Shown here: positions 7,719 to 16,682 of the stretch, one piece after another
How the letters are laid out: each line of letters opens with the position of its first letter
Numbering within the stretch: the first letter of the stretch is position 1
NCBI GenBank assembly: GCA_039815185.1
Contig: JBCBZT010000002.1
Coordinates: forward strand, 64,001-128,000
Direction of reading: 5' to 3'
DNA: 64,000 nt
DNA from: Cyanobacteria bacterium P01_A01_bin.123
GTDB lineage: Bacteria; Cyanobacteriota; Cyanobacteriia; Phormidesmidales; Phormidesmidaceae
Translations under genes and position numbers: made by a program
The notes under the pieces: model-generated
The model's input: only the letters and a program-made list of their open reading frames with translations
The model's database searches: none
Told to the model about the DNA's origin: nothing

Positions 7719-9532
7719 CTATCGGCCGTCCATTGAGACTGACGTTCCAGCAAATATTACGCTTTTTACCCGCGTTGAAATTCGTCTGGCAAAGTGGCCC
7801 TGGATGGACTCTGGCCCGGATCATTCTGGTGGCGTTGCAAAGCACACTACCTTTAATCTCTCTCTATCTCACCAAACTGGTTGTAGATTCAGTCGTTGCT
7901 GGTCTAACCACTCCTGAGAAGACGACGGTGTTCCGACAAGCGGGCACCTTGCTGGGGTTTGCTGGGGCAGTCATGCTGCTGCTGACCCTCTGTGTGTCTT
8001 TGTCAGAACTCGTCAATACGGCCCAATCTCAACGGGTGACCGACCATATGCAGGGGATTCTCCAGGCTAAAGCCGTTGGAGCCGACTTCGAATCTTACGA
8101 AGATCCCCAGGACCACGACACGCTGCAACGGGCTCAACAAGAAGCAGCTTATCGCCCCAACCAAATTCTTAACCGTTGGGTTCAAGCAACTCAAGATGGT
8201 ATTTCGTTGCTAGCCATCACTGGCTTATTGATCGCTTTGTACTGGTGGTTTGCAGCGGTGCTATTTCTGGCTGCGCTCCCCGTACTGCTGATTCGCCTAA
8301 AATATGCGCGAGTGATGTATCGTTGGCAATGCAAACGAACCCCCGTGGAACGACGGGCAGCCTACTTTAGCTGGCTGCTAACGAGTGATTTATCAGCAAA
8401 GGAGATTCGGTTATTTGATCTAGGGGGTCTGTTCAGGCATCGGTTTCGCCGCTTACGGCAGCAAATCTATACCGAGAAACTCAGCCTGGCGACTCGGCGC
8501 TCGATTGCCAGCTTAGGGGCTCAATTCATGACGGGTGCCGCCATGTTTGGGGCTTATGCCTTCATGCTTTATCAGGCGATTCAGGGTTCGTTTACGCTGG
8601 GTGATTTGGCCCTCTATCATCAGGCTTTCCAACGGGGACGGAGTTCGCTCCAGGGTTTGGTAGCCAGTCTATCTGGTCTCTATGAAGACAACCTATTTTT
8701 GATTAACCTCTACGAATTTCTCAACCTCCAGCCCAGAATTGTTGATCCCGCCATCCCTCAACAACTTCCCCAACCGATGCAGGTAGGTATTGTCTTTAAT
8801 CAGGTTGGCTTTCAATACCCGGCCACTACCTGCACAGCCCTCAAAGACATCAGCTTAACGATTCGACCGGGGGAAGTCGTGGCATTTGTGGGTGAAAATG
8901 GCTGTGGCAAAACCACGCTGATCAAACTGCTGTGCCGACTCTATGATCCAACCACTGGCAGCATTGCGTTTGATGGGATTGACCTGCGTCTGTTTGAAAT
9001 TGAGGCGCTACGACGCTCAATCAGTGTGATTTTTCAAGACTATATGAAATATCCGTTCACGGCCCAAGAGAACGTCTGGTTTGGCAATGCAGAGCTTTCA
9101 CCGACAGATGACAAAATTTCCAAAGCTGCGTTCCACTCTGGTGCTGATGACCTGATCAAAAGCCTGCCCCAAGGTTATAACACCGTCCTCGGTAAACGCT
9201 TTGACCAAGGGGAAGAACTCAGTATCGGCCAGTGGCAAAAAATTGCGTTGGCCCGTGTTTTCTTACGCGACTCTCAGGTGATTGTGCTAGACGAACCGAC
9301 TAGTGCGATGGATCCCAAGGCAGAGTACGAAGTCTTCAAGAGATTGCGCCAGTTGATTAAAGGGCAAACCGTGATTTTGATCAGCCAACGTCTCTCGACG
9401 GTCAAAATGGCCGATCGCATCTATGTGATGGCTAAGGGTTCCATCGTTGAGACAGGTAGCCATGAAGAACTGATGCAACATGGGGGGACTTACGCTCATT
9501 TATTTGAAACTCAGGCCAAAAGTTATCGATAG
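7715..9532 (+). CDS. ABC transporter, fused TM and ATP-binding domains (RiPP exporter type)
   Basis: Walker A GENGCGKTT, signature LSIGQWQKIALAR, Walker B VLDEPT. The H-loop reads ISQR instead of the usual ISHR. Confidence 0.9.
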   Translation: MTIGRPLRLTFQQILRFLPALKFVWQSGPGWTLARIILVALQSTLPLISLYLTKLVVDSVVAGLTTPEKTTVFRQAGTLLGFAGAVMLLLTLCVSLSELVNTAQSQRVTDHMQGILQAKAVGADFESYEDPQDHDTLQRAQQEAAYRPNQILNRWVQATQDGISLLAITGLLIALYWWFAAVLFLAALPVLLIRLKYARVMYRWQCKRTPVERRAAYFSWLLTSDLSAKEIRLFDLGGLFRHRFRRLRQQIYTEKLSLATRRSIASLGAQFMTGAAMFGAYAFMLYQAIQGSFTLGDLALYHQAFQRGRSSLQGLVASLSGLYEDNLFLINLYEFLNLQPRIVDPAIPQQLPQPMQVGIVFNQVGFQYPATTCTALKDISLTIRPGEVVAFVGENGCGKTTLIKLLCRLYDPTTGSIAFDGIDLRLFEIEALRRSISVIFQDYMKYPFTAQENVWFGNAELSPTDDKISKAAFHSGADDLIKSLPQGYNTVLGKRFDQGEELSIGQWQKIALARVFLRDSQVIVLDEPTSAMDPKAEYEVFKRLRQLIKGQTVILISQRLSTVKMADRIYVMAKGSIVETGSHEELMQHGGTYAHLFETQAKSYR

Positions 9533-9565
9533 AAAAATCCATCGTTGGGACAAAGATCAGAAATA

Positions 9566-9632
9566 AATAACCCCGACGAATTCGCCGGGGCGGTTTGGTT
9601 ATAGTTGGTTAGCATAGATTGCCTGGGGCACT
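9566..9632 (-). ncRNA. PsrR1-like small RNA, copy B (diverged paralog)
   Basis: Same layout as copy A: -10 TAAATT, TGCC-CCA-GGCA hairpin, CTATGCTAAC...ATAACCAAAC core and terminal hairpin CCCCGGCGAATTCGTCGGGG. Confidence 0.5.
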
Positions 9633-9767
9633 GAAATCAATTTAAGCGATTTCACAGGAGAATGCGGTAAATGGTTGATAAAGCCTTGCGAAGAAATTGT
9701 AAAAGCTTCTGTTGATAAGGACTCTACGTAAGTGGGATTGCAGATATCGGTCACATGCATCAACAGG

Positions 9768-9797
9768 AAAGAAAGCGCCAGCCCTGGGAACTGGCGC
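9768..9797 (-). terminator. Intrinsic terminator downstream of the repeat-protein gene
   Basis: GCGCCAG/CTGGCGC stem followed by TTTCTTT on the minus strand. Confidence 0.6.
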
Positions 9798-9844
9798 AGT
9801 TGCGTAGATTAACAGGGAACTGATGCACCAAGAATCTCATGGTC

Positions 9845-10266
9845 TTAGTCCGCTAGGGTTTCGTTACGGAGTTGGTCGAGGTTGGATTGGTCTTTGTCTA
9901 AGTTCTCGCGGCGTAGCTGGTCGAACTTGCTGGACTTCTCCAGGTTCTCTTCACGGATGTCGTCGAGGTTGGACTGATCCTTGTCGAGGTTCTCACGACG
10001 GAGTTGGTCGAACTTACTGGACTTCTCCAAGTTGTCGGCCCGCAGCTCATCCAAGTTGGACTGATCTTTGTCGAGGTTTTCGCGACGCAGTGGTCGAACT
10101 TGCTGGACTTTTCTAGGTTGTCTTCGCGCAGTTGATCAAAGCTGTTTTGGTCTTTGTCGAGGTTCTCATGGCGCAGTTGGTCAAAGTTAGGAGAAGCGTA
10201 GGCGATGGGTGCAAGGGTTGCAGAGGCGATCGCGAGGGTTAAAAGGGAGAGGGCAATGCGTTTCAT
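9845..10266 (-). pseudogene. Secreted tandem-repeat protein with a single frameshift (pseudogene or sequencing error)
   Basis: SD AAGGAG and signal peptide MKRIALSLLTLAIASATLAPIAYA, then 29-aa units (SSKFDQLRRENLDKDQSNLDELRADNLEK). One base missing at about 10090 (GAC CA- CTG) splits it into track ORFs 9898-10266 and 9845-10054. Confidence 0.8.
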
Positions 10267-10454
10267 AATCAGCTCCTTAGAAATCAGGTGAGATGTGGAC
10301 TTCGTTCATCTTGATTTCTATAGTGCGATGCTCTCCTGAACCCCTCCTGACCGTGTGGTGAGGGTTGATTAAGGGCTCTCTGAGTGGGTTGAAGGGGAGT
10401 TCTCAGGAAAGATTCAGGGAGGGAACACGAGAGCGATCGCAGCCCGGTCAGATG

Positions 10455-10559
10455 TATGGTGCTGGCCAGATTGCTTCATGTACCGAGTACCGCTGGGATG
10501 CTTAGCATACAAGCAATTTGGCTCGCAGTAGCGTACAAAGCTTTGTGCCTACTGCTATA
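10455..10559 (+). mobile_element. 105-bp MITE-like dispersed repeat, copy 2
   Basis: Gapless alignment to copy 1. Ends in CTACTGCTATA. Confidence 0.75.
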
Positions 10560-10680
10560 TAAAACCCTCGCGCTATCGAAATCATTCACACCATTTAGCC
10601 AGCAAGGAACCTGGCTAAAGTCTCACCCAGAACAAAGGAGTCACTTCTGTTGATTCAACAGGAGAGCCGTCATTTGACAC

Positions 10681-11103
10681 CTAAGGAGGATGACGATCGA
10701 TCACGTAGAGTGCTCGCCGCAAATTGACCACTCCACTACGGTTAAGCTGTAGCTTCTCAACCGTGGCTCTCCCGATAGCCGTCAACCCTAAAACGATTGA
10801 GCAGTCATTATTCCATGCAAAATGTTTAGCCCAAGCTTGCTGGCGAGGATGATATAGAGAAACAGGTTTCCCCTGCACTGGATCATAGGCTGCTGTGTGG
10901 TTATATTTATGTCCATTACAGCCCTGACACGATAGCGCTAAGTTTTCCATATCATCGGTTCCGCCCTTTGAGACGGGGATGATATGTTCAATCGAAAAGG
11001 GATCCGGAGAAAAACGGGCCTGACTTTTGCAGTATTCACAACACCCCTTCGCTCGTTGGGCAACATATGCTCGTTGAGCAGCAGATACCCGAGGTTTAGC
11101 CAT
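10681..11103 (-). CDS. HNH endonuclease
   Basis: CEYC...IEHIIP...NLALSCQGCN and LYHPRQQAW. The start at MAKPR overlaps the upstream gene's stop. Confidence 0.9.
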   Translation of the reverse strand: MAKPRVSAAQRAYVAQRAKGCCEYCKSQARFSPDPFSIEHIIPVSKGGTDDMENLALSCQGCNGHKYNHTAAYDPVQGKPVSLYHPRQQAWAKHFAWNNDCSIVLGLTAIGRATVEKLQLNRSGVVNLRRALYVIDRHPP

Positions 11104-11491
11104 AAGCAGGTGATTCAATCCCTAGGTCTACCATCACGGTTTCAAGGCTGATGCCTCGTTGCTCCGCTAGGGTTATTAATGCTTGGATACGTTGGGTATT
11201 GGCTTGTTCAATTTCTTCAGAAATCGCAATCAATTCGGCTTGTTCCGTTGAGGATAGTTGTTCAGCTTGGCGCTTAGCAATCAAAGTATGGTAGTGCTCC
11301 CAGGTATTTTGCGAGAGTCCGATGTTAATTTGTGCGAGGAGTTCAGCTTCCGTGGGAGTAGATGAGGGTGGATTGAGACGCTGCTGCAATAAATTGAGAA
11401 TATAGCTGGCTGGGTCAATACCTTGCTGAGTAGCAATTTCCCTCAGGCGTTGTTCTAGGTCTGGGGAAATGGTTAAAGTTAGAGTTGCCAT
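11096..11491 (-). CDS. Hypothetical protein coupled to the HNH gene (antitoxin-like partner)
   Basis: RHH/CopG-like N-terminus (TLTLTISPDLEQRLREIA) and helical C-terminus. Overlaps the HNH start. Confidence 0.65.
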   Translation of the reverse strand: MATLTLTISPDLEQRLREIATQQGIDPASYILNLLQQRLNPPSSTPTEAELLAQINIGLSQNTWEHYHTLIAKRQAEQLSSTEQAELIAISEEIEQANTQRIQALITLAEQRGISLETVMVDLGIESPAYG

Positions 11492-11571
11492 AATTATGAT
11501 GCGTAGGTCGGTGCAGTTCGAAACTTGGGATTTCCGCTAACAAGGAAGCGATCGCTTCATGTCCAACCATC

Positions 11572-11673
11572 TCAAAGAATAGAACGAATCTCTTCCTGAG
11601 GAATCAATCCAGTTTTGGCATTTGCCCCGTCAACTCGGTTGGTAACCGTCAGTGTTGTCAGAACTTTGCCCAT
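11572..11673 (-). pseudogene. N-terminal remnant of a cyanobacterial clan AA aspartyl protease-like gene
   Basis: MGKVLTTLTVTNRVDGANAKTGLIPQEEIRSIL* stops before the expected DTG motif. Confidence 0.5.
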
Positions 11674-11850
11674 GCCGGAAGTAATTCCATGCGGTAAGCC
11701 TCCGAGCCAGTGTATTTCAATTATGACAGAGATCTACTGGGGCCTTGTTAGCTAAAGAATGGGGGAATTGTGCAGGCATCGCGCTTGAGAAAGTGGAGCA
11801 TGCGATCGCCCGTAAGTTTAAAAACTCAGACTAATCAACATCAAATCCTC

Positions 11851-13290
11851 TCAGGGTTCACCAGCGGCAAAAGCATCGATCGCGCTGAATAAATCAAGCA
11901 CTTGAACCCGCTCAGTATACGGATTCAACAAAACCGATCGCAGCCAGCGATGTCCCCGATACAGCGGTAAAGAGAGAAAGATATGGTGAGTCTCCAGCAA
12001 ATGCGCCTGTAGCTCAGCGTTCCAGTCATCCCAGCGATCCGGTGCAACCTCAGCCGGAACACCCCGGAAACAAACAATGTTCATCTCAGGGGTACTGGCT
12101 AATTCTAAAAAGGGACGTTTAATAATTTCCTCCATAAACAACTGAGTCAGCCCATAACTTTCATCAACGAGCTGAGCATAGCTGCGTTGACCTAAATGCT
12201 GTACTGACAGCCACAGCTTCAGCACATCCGCATGGCGAGTCCCCTGCACGCTAATTTCGCCTAGATTGATCTGGTCATCCAAACTGGCCATGTAGGGAGC
12301 TTGAATTTGGAAGCTGGCTTTTAGATCGCTAAAACGCTGGAACAACACCATGACAGAGGTTTTTGCCACATACAGCCACTTTTGGGGATTGAACGTGACT
12401 GAGTCTGCCTTCTCAATACCGGAGAGCAATTGGCGATATTGCGGTGAAAACATCAGCGCCCCACCATAGGCAGCATCAACATGTAGCCAGAGTTGATGGG
12501 CCTGGGTGACCTGATAAATGTCGTCGATTGGATCGATGTTGCCCGTCGTCGTTGTCCCTGCGGTGGCCACCACACAGAAGGGGGCTTGGTTAGCCGCTTT
12601 AGCTTGTTCAATTTTCTCTTGCAGCGCCTTGACTGACATCTGAGAGTTTTGATGGGTTGGTACCGCAATCACCGCAGCGGTGCCCAACCCCAGCAACATT
12701 GCCGCCTTATGCAATGACGTATGGGCCACCTCAGAGGCGAAAATAACAGGTTGCTGATCTAGACCTACGATGCCGCGTTCAAGGGCTTGAAATTTGAGGT
12801 TTCGCGCCACGGCTAAGGCTTGTAGGTTCGCCAATGTGCCGCCGCTTAATAGTACGCCCCCTGCCGACTCACCCAAACCAAATAATGTGGCAAACTGTTG
12901 AAGCAGCAACGGTTCCAACCGCGAAAAGAGGGGCGACATCTCAACGCTGAGCATATTGTTATTAACTGCCGATGCGATTAAATCGCCCAGCATCGACATC
13001 ACGGTTGGCATCGAGTCCATGTGGCCCATGTATCCGGGATGTGCGGCATTCATGGACGTTGCCAGGATTTGATCAAGCTGTTCAAGTAACTGCGGTTCAT
13101 CAGCAGGTGCGTCAGGAATGTTGGCGAGATCGGTAACTTCGATCGGGGTGGGCAGAGGAGCGCGATCGCGGGCCTGACTCAATCGAGCCAGCAACCGTGT
13201 CAATACCTGCTGGGCCAGTGCTTCAACTTCCTGATGATTTCCGCCAGTCGGATCAATAAAGGCTGTTAGCGGCAACTCTGAGCGATCCAT
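11851..13290 (-). CDS. Group II PLP-dependent amino acid decarboxylase
   Basis: [41 protein letters not shown] and SVTFNPQKW (PLP lysine). Substrate not determinable. Confidence 0.9.
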   Translation of the reverse strand: MDRSELPLTAFIDPTGGNHQEVEALAQQVLTRLLARLSQARDRAPLPTPIEVTDLANIPDAPADEPQLLEQLDQILATSMNAAHPGYMGHMDSMPTVMSMLGDLIASAVNNNMLSVEMSPLFSRLEPLLLQQFATLFGLGESAGGVLLSGGTLANLQALAVARNLKFQALERGIVGLDQQPVIFASEVAHTSLHKAAMLLGLGTAAVIAVPTHQNSQMSVKALQEKIEQAKAANQAPFCVVATAGTTTTGNIDPIDDIYQVTQAHQLWLHVDAAYGGALMFSPQYRQLLSGIEKADSVTFNPQKWLYVAKTSVMVLFQRFSDLKASFQIQAPYMASLDDQINLGEISVQGTRHADVLKLWLSVQHLGQRSYAQLVDESYGLTQLFMEEIIKRPFLELASTPEMNIVCFRGVPAEVAPDRWDDWNAELQAHLLETHHIFLSLPLYRGHRWLRSVLLNPYTERVQVLDLFSAIDAFAAGEP

Positions 13291-13431
13291 GCTTTTATTA
13301 GCTCCTCAACGCAAGTCGCTAGATTTTAACCGCTGACAGATGATGGATTTACTTGTTTGCCGTTCGCAGCCAGCAATGGGTGATTCAAACCAATGGCAGT
13401 GATATTGCCTCAAGGTTCTGTCTCCGATGCC

Positions 13432-13800
13432 TCACGGTTCTGTCTCCGAGATGTCGTTTTCAGGATGAAAAGTATGACTGCCCTGTTGTTCACACTGCCA
13501 ACAGCGCTCTAGCCGCCAAACATTGTCTTCTTCAAGCCCATGGCGCTCGCAAAAATCTGAATAGCGAACCACAAAATCTTGATAGCTGACTTTCCAACAA
13601 TACTCTAGAGATGCGTTGTTGAGACAGCGATTTAGATGTCTGATTTTGTAGTTTTGCCAGTTTAGAGCGTGATCGAATTGTTCCATTTTATAGCGCTGCC
13701 AATATTGGACAGGATTGAAAATAGGGGGATTAGAACTATCCCAGAGGGGCTGGTTGAGATATTGCCAAAGTGGGAAATACATGGGGATATTCGCTTGCAC
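13432..13800 (-). CDS. Hypothetical protein (FPLWQYLNQPL-type cyanobacterial small protein)
   Basis: ORF downstream of and co-directional with the ATPase. Trp/Tyr/Cys-rich. Confidence 0.55.
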   Translation of the reverse strand: MQANIPMYFPLWQYLNQPLWDSSNPPIFNPVQYWQRYKMEQFDHALNWQNYKIRHLNRCLNNASLEYCWKVSYQDFVVRYSDFCERHGLEEDNVWRLERCWQCEQQGSHTFHPENDISETEP

Positions 13801-13869
13801 TCGCTCAAAACTATGTATGACTCATCCTTCAATCGAACATGCGTTTAATTCAGGTGAAAACTACTGAAT

Positions 13870-16602
13870 TTAAGTTTTCTGAGGCTGCCGTTGAAGCCCT
13901 TTATCTAACTCAATTAAACTGTAGATTACGGCCATTCCGACTAGGATTTTCCCCCAAGACGCAAGTGCAATAGGTTCGGTCTCAAAGATGGCGTTCATGA
14001 AGGGCGCATAGGTTAGCAAGAGCTGCAAAACAAATGCTAATGTGATGCCGCCCCAAATCCAGAGATTGCTAAAGAGGCCCAGCTTAAACATTGAGTATTT
14101 GAGAGAACGGTATCCCAATAGAAGGGCTATTTCACCGCCGACTAGTGCGTTCGTGGCGGCCGTTTGGGCAAAGCGGATGGAATAGCCCTGCTGGAGGGAG
14201 GAATTGTAGGCAGTAAAGGACAGCACTGCAAGTAAGACGCCTGCAATGAATATACGGCGGATTCTGGGGCGTTTGAATAAGGGTGCACGGGGGGGACGGG
14301 GCGATCGCTGCATAATACCCGGCTCTTTGGGTTCAAGGATCAGCGTTGAGCCCAGCAGCACAGCCGTGACGGTATTGATCCAGAGAATTTGCAGGGGCGT
14401 AATCGGGGGGACTACCCCTAGAAGTGTGGCCACTAAAATGATCAAGCCTTCGCCAAAGTTGGTCGGGAGGGTCCAAATAATAGCTTTAATAATGTTGTCA
14501 AAGACGCTACGGCCTTCTTCAACAGCGGCTTTGATAGTTGAGAAATTGTCATCGGTAAGCACCATATCGGCGGCTTCTTTGGCCACTTCGGTGCCGGTCA
14601 TGCCCATGGCAATGCCGATGTCTGCTTGCTGCAGTGCTGGGGCATCGTTGCTGCCGTCCCCAGTCATGGCAGCGATGTGGCCACGATTCTGTAAGGCTTC
14701 CACGAGGCGCAGTTTTTGTTGGGGGGTGACTCGGGCAAAGACAGACACCCGATCGACAGTGGTTACCAGTTCCTCGTTCGACAGCGCTTCAATGTCTCGA
14801 CTGCTGAGCGCCAGTGGTTGAGACAGGTTAGTGGGTTGGGAGATAATGCCAATTTGCTTACCGATGGCGATCGCGGTGCCAATGTGATCCCCCGTGATCA
14901 TTTTGATATCGATGCCCGCTGCTTGGCAAACTCGCACAGACTCCATGGATTCGGGGCGGGGCGGATCCATCATGCCCTGCAGCCCGAGAAACGTCAGCCC
15001 CTTGGCAACTGTGTCATGGTCAATCACGGTCGTGCCAGCAGTGAGGCTTAACCGAGCAAACGCTAATACCCTTAGGCCTTTTGTGGCCATATTATTGGCT
15101 TCTTGCTCAATCATGGGGGCGTCAAGCAGCGTCTCTTCCGCTTGGTCTGTGTAGGTTCGTTTGCATCGGGGCAGCAGTTGCTCAACAGACCCTTTGACAT
15201 ACACAACGGTTGAATTTGAAGGGCTACTCTCGTGCAAGGTAGCCATGTATTGATACTGCGATTCAAACGGAATCGCGCTGAGACGCGGCATCAGTTTTTC
15301 TAGGATGTAAGCATCTAGGTTCGCTTTAGCTGCACTGGTTAACAATGCCACTTCTGTCGGATCCCCCTCTGCCTGCCACAGGCTGTCTTGCTGCACCAAA
15401 CGAGAGTCGTTGCAAAGTACGCCTGCTTGTAAACAGTCCATCAGCGCAGTGTGGTTTGTGGGATGGATGGGTTGATGAGACTGATAAAAGTCTCCTTCAG
15501 GGGCATAGCCCCCGCCTGAGACTTGGAATCGTTCACCACCTGCGAAGACTTCTTGAACAGTCATCTCATTTTGGGTCAGAGTGCCCGTTTTGTCAGAACA
15601 AATGACGGTGACGCTGCCCAGGGTTTCAACAGCAGGCAATTTGCGGATAATCGCGTGTTGGCGAGCCATGCGCGAGACGCCAATGGCCAATGCAATGGTG
15701 ACAATCGCAGGCAGTCCTTCGGGAATCATGCCCACCATCAAGGAGATGGTGGCTTCAAAGAGATGGGTAACCTCTGAACCGTGTAACAGTCCGATGCCCA
15801 AGTTGATCACTGCCAGCACCAGAATCACTTTGAGCAGCATCTGGCTGAGTTGATTGATTTGGCGGGTTAGCGTGGTGGGTTGTTCTTCAATCGCACCAAT
15901 GAGTCTACCGATCTTGCCAATCTCAGTCAGGTCTCCCGTCGCCACCACGACCCCTGCACCGGTTCCAAAGGTGACAAAGGTAGACGAATAGGCCATGTTA
16001 GCGCGATCGCCCAACACGGTTTCCTCATCAAGATTGTCCGTTGCCCTTTTTTCAGCCGGTAATGATTCTCCGGTTAGTGCCGATTCATTAATTTGCAGAG
16101 CATGGCTGGTCAATAGACGCAAATCGGCAGGGACTTTATCCCCGGATTGTAAGAGAACTAGATCTCCGGGGACTAACTGAGTGGCTGAAATTTGCAGTTT
16201 CTCACCGTCTCGAATTACGGTAGCCTGACTTTCCATGGCGCGACTTAACGCCTCCATGGCCCTTGTGGCTTTTGCTTCTTGAGCAAAGCCAATCAAGGCG
16301 TTTAAGCTGACAACAATTAAGATCACAACGGTGTCCACCCATTCTTGCAGCAAATAGGTGATAAATGCTGCCGCGATCAAAATATAAATCAGTGGACTTT
16401 GAAACTGTTCAAGCAGAATTTTAAGCAAACTTTTCTGCTGAATTTTAGTCAGAATATTCTCACCATATTGCGCTAGCCGCTGTTCTACAAAAAGGTGTGA
16501 TAATCCCTGATTTTTATCTGTTTCTAATAGTGAAAGCAGATGATCGGATTGTAGATAATGCCAGGGTTGGGTGGCAGTTTTGGGTACAGAAGATAGAGAC
16601 AT
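13870..16602 (-). CDS. Cation-transporting P-type ATPase (type IIA, Ca2+-like)
   Basis: TGES, PEGL, DKTGTLT, MITGD and TGDGSND motifs. Confidence 0.95.
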   Translation of the reverse strand: MSLSSVPKTATQPWHYLQSDHLLSLLETDKNQGLSHLFVEQRLAQYGENILTKIQQKSLLKILLEQFQSPLIYILIAAAFITYLLQEWVDTVVILIVVSLNALIGFAQEAKATRAMEALSRAMESQATVIRDGEKLQISATQLVPGDLVLLQSGDKVPADLRLLTSHALQINESALTGESLPAEKRATDNLDEETVLGDRANMAYSSTFVTFGTGAGVVVATGDLTEIGKIGRLIGAIEEQPTTLTRQINQLSQMLLKVILVLAVINLGIGLLHGSEVTHLFEATISLMVGMIPEGLPAIVTIALAIGVSRMARQHAIIRKLPAVETLGSVTVICSDKTGTLTQNEMTVQEVFAGGERFQVSGGGYAPEGDFYQSHQPIHPTNHTALMDCLQAGVLCNDSRLVQQDSLWQAEGDPTEVALLTSAAKANLDAYILEKLMPRLSAIPFESQYQYMATLHESSPSNSTVVYVKGSVEQLLPRCKRTYTDQAEETLLDAPMIEQEANNMATKGLRVLAFARLSLTAGTTVIDHDTVAKGLTFLGLQGMMDPPRPESMESVRVCQAAGIDIKMITGDHIGTAIAIGKQIGIISQPTNLSQPLALSSRDIEALSNEELVTTVDRVSVFARVTPQQKLRLVEALQNRGHIAAMTGDGSNDAPALQQADIGIAMGMTGTEVAKEAADMVLTDDNFSTIKAAVEEGRSVFDNIIKAIIWTLPTNFGEGLIILVATLLGVVPPITPLQILWINTVTAVLLGSTLILEPKEPGIMQRSPRPPRAPLFKRPRIRRIFIAGVLLAVLSFTAYNSSLQQGYSIRFAQTAATNALVGGEIALLLGYRSLKYSMFKLGLFSNLWIWGGITLAFVLQLLLTYAPFMNAIFETEPIALASWGKILVGMAVIYSLIELDKGLQRQPQKT

Positions 16603-16682
16603 TGAAAGTAAGCTCCTATCCGCTATTGGGGATGGTTACTTAAATGGCATACAAAAGATCTCAAGTTAGAGCACAGTTGCAA

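Noticed and set aside
9850..10190. CRISPR array
   Set aside because: The repeats are contiguous, degenerate, codon-phased coding units without unique spacers, and there are no cas genes.
10456..10653. Similar short ORFs (also 45611-45805) as a peptide family
   Set aside because: The similarity comes from the 105-bp repeat. Starts and stops are not shared.
11851..13290. Decarboxylase as PanP, linked to panB
   Set aside because: It is 11 kb from panB with unrelated genes between, and the substrate cannot be inferred from the motifs.
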